From an uncultured Gemmatimonadales bacterium (GTDB lineage: Bacteria > Gemmatimonadota > Gemmatimonadetes > Longimicrobiales > RSA9), in NCBI GenBank assembly GCA_963783305.1, contig CAWAMW010000002.1, forward strand, positions 864,001-928,000: a stretch of 64,000 nt of DNA, read 5' to 3'. Below are positions 58,189-64,000 of the stretch, in pieces. Both the position numbers and the translations under genes were made by a program. Under the pieces are notes generated by a model, which saw only the letters and a list, made by a program, of their open reading frames with translations, had not been told where the DNA came from and ran no database searches. Position 1 is the first letter of the stretch; each line of letters starts with the position of its first letter.

Positions 58189-59586
58189 TCAGCCGCCCGC
58201 GCTGTCCGTGGCGGGCGCCGGCGTCTGCTCCGTGGTCGGCCCCCGCAGCTCCCGCAGACGCTGCTCGACCAGGACGGCGCGGTCGTCCCGGAGCGTCGAT
58301 GGATAGCGCGCCCGCAGCACCTGCGAGACCGGGCCGAGTGTTACCACGGGGAGCTCGTCCCGCGCCGTCTTCGCGATGAGATCGGCGATGACCGGCTCGA
58401 GGTCGACCTCTTCGCCGGGGTTCGCCGGCCGGACGTCCAGCAGACCCAGCTGCCGGGCCGCTTCCCGCACCTGACCCCGGAGCGTTTCCACTGCGGCGGC
58501 GACGTCCTCGGCGGACGCCTCCAGCCCCTGGCGCCGCGCCGCGGCGTCCACGAGGCGCCCCCGGAGTAGCGGCTGCAGGACGCCCTGACGGATAACGGGT
58601 TCACCGGCGCCCGCGATCTGCTGGCGCACCTCCGACGGCTGACGCCTCAGGAACCGTCGGGCGTCCGCCACCGTCACCGCCCCCGACTCATAGGTCATCA
58701 GCGTATCGCTGGTCCCCTCCGGCAGGTCGGCCGCCGGGTCCAGCGCGAGCTGGCGGATCAAGGCCGTAACGTCCCCATGGATCCGGGGCGCCGCCTGCCG
58801 CTCCAGCGTCGACAGGTACTGCGCGCTCGCCTCCCTGCCCCGCTGCCGGCGCAGCCGCTCGGCGAACTGCTCGCGCGTGGGCGTTCGCCGTTCCTCGAGC
58901 CGGATCAGATGGTGACCGTGCGCCGTCTGGACCACCTCGCTCACCTCGCCCGGCTCCAGCGACTTCGCCGCCGCCTCGAACTGCGGCAGCATGTCTCCCG
59001 GGCCCACGAACCCCAGGTCCCCTCCCTGACCGGCGGTGCGCGGGTCCTGGCTGTACTCCTGCGCCAGTTGCTCGAAATCCTCGCCCTCTTCCACGATCCG
59101 CCGCCGCAGGTCGACCAGCGTCTCACGGGCCGCTTCGTGCCGCGCCGCGGGCGCCGCCGCCGGAAGCGCGATCATGATCTGCCTGACCCGCATCTCGGAG
59201 CCCTCGGCCTCCTCGTCGTAGCGGCGGCTCAGCTCCCCGGCCGGCACGGTCGCACCCGCACGGGCCACGGAGTCCATGACCGCCGCGAAGACCGCCTCTT
59301 CCACCTGTTGCTCGACCACTGGCTGGAGGTCGAGTTGGGCGAACGTGCTGTCCTCCGCGCCGGCGGTGGCCAGCAGCACGTAGTCGATCCACAGATTGGC
59401 GAGAGCGATCGCCGCCCGGGCGGGCGCCCGGATCTCGTCCACCGCCGCCAGCATCTGCGCTTCCTCCTCGACCATGAGCTGGTGCCCCCCGGCCTCCGCG
59501 ATGAAGGTGGTGTCGGGGTCCATACCGCCGCAGCCGGTGGTGAGCATCACCAGCGTCGACACGAGTAAGCAGCGAACCATGGTCAT
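58189..59586 (-). CDS. Parvulin-type PPIase lipoprotein, copy 2 (paralog of 55628-57052)
   Basis: AGGAG RBS; lipobox TTGC; shares LANLW.DY.LLAT..AEDSTFAQL and LEERRTPTREQF with copy 1. Confidence 0.88.
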   Translation of the reverse strand: MTMVRCLLVSTLVMLTTGCGGMDPDTTFIAEAGGHQLMVEEEAQMLAAVDEIRAPARAAIALANLWIDYVLLATAGAEDSTFAQLDLQPVVEQQVEEAVFAAVMDSVARAGATVPAGELSRRYDEEAEGSEMRVRQIMIALPAAAPAARHEAARETLVDLRRRIVEEGEDFEQLAQEYSQDPRTAGQGGDLGFVGPGDMLPQFEAAAKSLEPGEVSEVVQTAHGHHLIRLEERRTPTREQFAERLRRQRGREASAQYLSTLERQAAPRIHGDVTALIRQLALDPAADLPEGTSDTLMTYESGAVTVADARRFLRRQPSEVRQQIAGAGEPVIRQGVLQPLLRGRLVDAAARRQGLEASAEDVAAAVETLRGQVREAARQLGLLDVRPANPGEEVDLEPVIADLIAKTARDELPVVTLGPVSQVLRARYPSTLRDDRAVLVEQRLRELRGPTTEQTPAPATDSAGG

Positions 59587-59947
59587 CATCGACTCCTGCG
59601 CAGGAACTGTAGGGAGGGTCAGGGGAATCGGAGGGAAGCTCCTCCGAACCGAAGATGAGGCCAAGCCCCGGCCCGGGCAACGCCCGGATTCGAGCTGGTG
59701 CGGCCATGCAGACAGGTGTTGCGTGGGTGCGGCACTTCCACGGCTCCGGGAGAAGACGGCGTCAACGCACCAAAGGTCGTCAAAAAACCCTGCAACGGGG
59801 GGACGCTGACCGGATCCTGCTTCATTCCGCGCGCGCCGGTCTCTGCCTTGCAATTCCTTCGTCCGACGGATGCTCCGGCTCATCCTGCTGCGACCAGGCT
59901 CGCGGAGGCAGCCGGGATCCACCCCCCCAGGTAAGGAGACCCACCCA

Positions 59948-60736
59948 ATGGTAAAGTCCCTGTATCTCACCGCACTCGCTGTGGCCATGCTGGGCCTGGC
60001 GGCGAGCGGTGCCGAAGCTCAGGTGTGCATAGGCAATTGCGGAATTCTAGGAGCGGACGGGGTCGTCACGGCTCCCCCGAATGGTGAGCTTCAGTACCGG
60101 TGGGTGAGCACCGACGGAGGGGTGGAAGGTGTAAATCTGGGCGACGTCGGGTATCCGACGGGTTCGGAGCCCGATGGGCCTCAGGACGGGTCCAGCTTCA
60201 CGAGCTCCATGTTCGCCGCGAGTGACGGTGACGCCCTGGAGTTCTACTTCAACTACGTCACGTCGGATGGCGCCGGGTACGCCGACTATGCCTGGGCACG
60301 GCTCCTGAACGCGGACATGTCGGAGGCCGCGCTCCTGTTCACGGCCCGTACGACCGATGGCGGAAGCATGGTACCCGGTGAGGCGATGCCCACGCCGGCG
60401 GCTACGCTCACCCCCGCATCGGCAACGGTGAACCTTGGCACCACCTGGTCACCTCTCGGAGGCAACAGCGGCGAATGCTACGACGTTGGCTGTGGCCATT
60501 CCGGCTGGATCTTCTCGGAGTTCACGATTGCCGCGGCGGGGAACTACTTCCTCGAGTTCGGCGTGACGAACTGGGATGACCAGGCCTTCGACTCCGGCCT
60601 GGCGTGGTCGGGCACCACGATCGGATCGATCCCGATCGATCCCATCGCGGTTCCGGAGCCCGCCTCCATGCTGCTCCTGGCCAGCGGCCTGCTGGGCCTG
60701 GGGTTCGTGGCTCGTCGCCGTCGTGAAGACGCGTGA
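59948..60736 (+). CDS. PEP-CTERM sorting domain protein 2
   Basis: TAAGGAG RBS; signal ...AASGAEA; VPEPASMLL, TM, RRRR. Confidence 0.92.
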   Translation: MVKSLYLTALAVAMLGLAASGAEAQVCIGNCGILGADGVVTAPPNGELQYRWVSTDGGVEGVNLGDVGYPTGSEPDGPQDGSSFTSSMFAASDGDALEFYFNYVTSDGAGYADYAWARLLNADMSEAALLFTARTTDGGSMVPGEAMPTPAATLTPASATVNLGTTWSPLGGNSGECYDVGCGHSGWIFSEFTIAAAGNYFLEFGVTNWDDQAFDSGLAWSGTTIGSIPIDPIAVPEPASMLLLASGLLGLGFVARRRREDA

Positions 60737-60787
60737 TGTAGAGCCCGTCGACTGAGGGTCACGGCTGTCGCGTGACCTGGCTGCGAG

Positions 60788-60824
60788 AGAGAGCCGCCGC
60801 TCCTGAACGGAGCGGCGGCTCTCT
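60788..60824. terminator. Strong hairpin, putative terminator
   Basis: 16-bp perfect stem AGAGAGCCGCCGCTCC/GGAGCGGCGGCTCTCT. Confidence 0.7.
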
Positions 60825-61040
60825 GCCTGGAGGGGTGCGTCGCGAGCGGGCTCGGAGCCCGCTCTCCGTCGCCGTGTGGCGGCCGCGCAACACGAAGCGG
60901 CTTCGGCTCCACGACCGGCCCGACCACGGTAGTAGACCGCTCCTCGTGGCGTGCTCCGAGATGCGCTGTGCCGCAATGCTTCCCGCCGTTGGGAGCCTCG
61001 CGCAATCGCCGCGGCATGAGGCTGGCAACCAGTGTCGTGC

Positions 61041-61940
61041 ATGACCGGTATCACCATCCGAACCGTCCTGCTCAGCGCGCTGTCGCTCGCCGCTCTCGCC
61101 GCGCCATCGGCCGCACAGACCTCGTGCGCCTCCATGGCGGAGTGTCCCGGGCTGGTCTCGCCGGAAACGCGCATCACCGGCGAGCTCAGCACCGCCGGGG
61201 TCAACGCGCTCCTGGGCGGCATGACGGCCGCCGGGCTGAGGATGCTCCGGGGCGAGTCGGCCCGCGACAGCTGGAGCGCCTTCTGGACGGGAGCCCTCGG
61301 CGGCGGCCTGACCTACGCCGGCAAGCGGGTGGCGGTGGAGCGCTTCGACGGTGCGGGATTCCTCGGCCGCGAGATCGCCAGCGTGGGCGGCTCCGTGGTG
61401 CGGAACGCGGCGGCGGGCCGGGGTCCGCTGGACGAGCTGGTCCTGCCGGTAGGCCCTGTCCGGCTCTACGTGGCGGGCGGCGCGGTGAGGGCGCGGGTGG
61501 ACGTGGCGACGCTGGTGGTTTCCGGGATCTTCATGGCCACCTACGACGCCCGTTTCGACCCCGGCGCGTCCCTCTCCGCGGGGTCCCTCGTCTTCCGGGG
61601 TGCGGCCCCCATGCCCGCCCTCAGCAGCGCCGGCGCGACGGTGGTCTGGTCGGAGATGCCCTCCTCGGAGGGGCCCCGTCTCATGGCTCATGAGCGGGTC
61701 CACACACTCCAGTACGACCAGGCCTTCCTGTCCTGGGGCGAGGAGATGGAGCGGTGGGCGGGGCGCCAGGTGCCCGGGATGGATGGCGCGTTCCGGCACT
61801 TCGACCTGGGCGCCTCGGCTCTGGGGCTCCGCACCGGACTGGCGCTCGCCCTCGGCTACCACGACCGGCCCTGGGAGCGGGAGGCGTACTTCCTGGCGCA
61901 GCGCGTTTATCCGGTGGAATCCAGCGGCGCCGGCCACTGA
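61041..61940 (+). CDS. Exported hypothetical protein with HExxH motif
   Basis: Signal peptide; AHERVHTLQY...PWEREAY. Confidence 0.7.
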   Translation: MTGITIRTVLLSALSLAALAAPSAAQTSCASMAECPGLVSPETRITGELSTAGVNALLGGMTAAGLRMLRGESARDSWSAFWTGALGGGLTYAGKRVAVERFDGAGFLGREIASVGGSVVRNAAAGRGPLDELVLPVGPVRLYVAGGAVRARVDVATLVVSGIFMATYDARFDPGASLSAGSLVFRGAAPMPALSSAGATVVWSEMPSSEGPRLMAHERVHTLQYDQAFLSWGEEMERWAGRQVPGMDGAFRHFDLGASALGLRTGLALALGYHDRPWEREAYFLAQRVYPVESSGAGH

Positions 61941-61976
61941 GCCGGTTCGCCCCACAGCTCGCCCCACAGCTGAAAC

Positions 61977-62017
61977 AGAACCGGCCCGCAGCGCTTGAGA
62001 CGCTGCGGGCCGGTTCT
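61977..62017. terminator. Intrinsic terminator between convergent genes
   Basis: 17-bp stem AGAACCGGCCCGCAGCG/CGCTGCGGGCCGGTTCT. Confidence 0.8.
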
Positions 62018-62073
62018 TCTGGTCTACTCGAGTCGTTCGATGGCTACGTCGAGCTGGCCGAAGCCGCTGTCTG

Positions 62074-62835
62074 TCAGCTCTGCTCGTAATCCCGCCGACG
62101 GCGCGTCACGAGCCCGATGCCCAGAAGCCCCGTGCCGAGCAGCAGCATGCTCGCCGGCTCCGGAACCTGCGGAACCACCTGCTCCACGCTTCCGATGGTC
62201 ATGTCATCGAAGGCGAACACGTCGTTGGACGGACCTTCCGTCAGGTTGAAGGCCACGCTCGTGAACGGGTTCGCGGTGTTGATGTACCCGAAGAAGAACG
62301 CGTTTCCGCCCGTGGATCCACCGCTTCCGACCTCGTGCGGCACGTCCACGATCACGGACCCGCCAGCGGTCAGGAAGCTGAGCGCGAGCTGACCTCCGAA
62401 GTCCCCGATATCAACACCGTAGAAGCCGAAGGCGGCTATTTCCTCGGTAAAATCGATGGAAAAGCCACCCGCCGCGTTGGCTTCCCAGAACTGGGTCCCG
62501 GAGATCGGGTAGCGGCCGACACCGTTCGTGCCGGCACCCTGGCTCTCAATGTTGCCGGTGCCCTGGAGCGTAGCGGTTCCGGCGCCGGGGAACGTGAGGC
62601 CGAGGGGTGTGCCGGTCCCCGTCGCGAAGCTTTCGAAGTCCTCCGTCCCGACACCCACCAGCGATGCCAGGAAAGAGCTCTCCGCCGCGGCCGAATTCAC
62701 GAGCGTCGACCTCGTTACTTCGCTGCCATCGGTGTCCTCGCCGAAGAACGTGGTCTGAGCGTCGAGGGCGCTGGCACTGAATGCCAGCAGTAGTCCCAGT
62801 GAGAGTGGTTTCAGGAGTCGAATGGTCGTCTTCAA
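62074..62835 (-). CDS. PEP-CTERM sorting domain protein 3
   Basis: GGAGG before TTG 62835; signal peptide; VPEPASMLL, TM, RRRR. Confidence 0.9.
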   Translation of the reverse strand: MKTTIRLLKPLSLGLLLAFSASALDAQTTFFGEDTDGSEVTRSTLVNSAAAESSFLASLVGVGTEDFESFATGTGTPLGLTFPGAGTATLQGTGNIESQGAGTNGVGRYPISGTQFWEANAAGGFSIDFTEEIAAFGFYGVDIGDFGGQLALSFLTAGGSVIVDVPHEVGSGGSTGGNAFFFGYINTANPFTSVAFNLTEGPSNDVFAFDDMTIGSVEQVVPQVPEPASMLLLGTGLLGIGLVTRRRRDYEQS

Positions 62836-63250
62836 GTTGCCCTCCGGATGCGGGGAATCGCTGATACCGTGTGCAAGTGCGGAGCTCGCACGCACCGGTT
62901 CACCCACTACTCAATGGATGTTCTGTGCCGGAGCAGGCCTCGCCTACAACGGCCCTCGGCATCCGTCCCGGCTCTCCCCCCGACGACGGCTGTGGGGCGC
63001 CCGAAACCCCCCGGGCTCATCCCCCGCCCCGCCTCTTCCCCGTTGGTGCGGGAAATCCACACCCCGTTGCCTGCGTGCAACGGTCCTTTCCGAAGGGGTC
63101 GCGTGTCGTCAACCTTCAACCGGGGCAGGGCGGCGGGCGAACAACCCTTGCATGGCGCTCTCCTCGTCTCCGTCCACCACGGGGCCCCGAAGCGGTGGGC
63201 CTGGTGTCCGGCGAAATCGTGTCGGGGTAGCCCATTGCTGAGGAGCGTCC

Positions 63251-63928
63251 GTGGATCGTGACTGGAGCGGCGCCGCCTGGCCGAGGATCCTGCCGTTCGC
63301 CGTGTTCCTGGTGCTCCTCGGCCTCGAGCCGTACCTGGCGGATCTCGCCGATCCCGTCCTGGACCCCCGCTGGCTCTACGCCATCCGCTCGGCGGTCACC
63401 GCGGCGGTCCTGGTCGCGCTGTGGCGATACTACGCCGAGCTGCGGCGACCGGAGCGGCCGCCACCGGGCGCGTGGATCGTGGCGGCGGCGGTCGGCGTGG
63501 GGGTCTTCGTCCTCTGGATTCTCCTGGACTTCCCACCCCTGGTGACAGGAGCGGCGGAGGACCCGTTCGATCCGCGGGTGAACGGGGCGTTGCACCCCGG
63601 GCTCGCCCTCACGCGCCTGGCGGGCGCCGCGCTCGTGGTGCCGATCATGGAGGAGCTGTTCTGGCGCTCGTTCCTCATGCGCTGGCTCGAGGAGCCGCGC
63701 TTCCAGCGGGTGGATCCCGGCGGAGTGGGCTGGAAGCCGCTGGTCCTGACGTCCGTGGTGTTCGCGCTGGAGCACCGGCTCTGGTTCGCGGGACTGCTGG
63801 CGGGACTGGCGTACGGGGAGCTCTACCGCAGGACCCGCAGCCTATGGGTGGTCATCCTGGCGCACGCCATCACCAACGCCCTGCTCGGGCTGTACGTCCT
63901 CCGGACCGGGAGCTGGAGCTTCTGGTGA
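63251..63928 (+). CDS. CAAX prenyl protease-related (CPBP/Abi) membrane protein of the PEP-CTERM-associated type
   Basis: EELFWRSF, FALEH, HAITN; multiple TMs; next to PEP-CTERM genes. Confidence 0.88.
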   Translation: MDRDWSGAAWPRILPFAVFLVLLGLEPYLADLADPVLDPRWLYAIRSAVTAAVLVALWRYYAELRRPERPPPGAWIVAAAVGVGVFVLWILLDFPPLVTGAAEDPFDPRVNGALHPGLALTRLAGAALVVPIMEELFWRSFLMRWLEEPRFQRVDPGGVGWKPLVLTSVVFALEHRLWFAGLLAGLAYGELYRRTRSLWVVILAHAITNALLGLYVLRTGSWSFW

Positions 63929-64000
63929 GGTGACCGGCACCGTCAGCGCTCCATCCTCGCTCGCAGCCGTGGCACGGCTGGCGGCCGGGGCCGCAGCGGT

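Noticed and set aside
63930..64000. Possible start of an exosortase gene after the CAAX-like gene
   Set aside because: Only about 23 codons visible, no diagnostic motif

Overview
High-GC (roughly 70% by eye) bacterial chromosomal window covering the replication-origin region; Gemmatimonadota-like gene content is a tentative inference only. Left end: a truncated N6-adenine methyltransferase-like gene, a degenerate PLD-like ORF and an SNF2-type helicase (candidate defence module), then tRNA-Asn. Next come envelope and housekeeping genes: M23 peptidases, GGT, DsbD, a VIT-vWA/ECF sigma/anti-sigma trio, dinB, an ACE-like M2 peptidase, fhs, USP, an M15 peptidase and pyrE. The centre holds parvulin-dnaN-[oriC with DnaA-trios]-dnaA divergent from rpmH-rnpA-yidD-yidC, two perfect parS sites enclosing a 10-bp-phased tandem repeat array, a parA-parB-M23-bactofilin operon and a second cluster with two perfect DnaA boxes about 10 kb from oriC. 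The right part has metabolic genes, a lipA-pdhA-pdhB-pdhC operon interrupted by a prepilin-like gene, and a PEP-CTERM locus with two tandem divergent [parvulin lipoprotein / PEP-CTERM] cassettes, a third PEP-CTERM gene and a CAAX-protease-like gene. No CRISPR array, integrase or transposase was seen. All calls come from motif reading without database searches.
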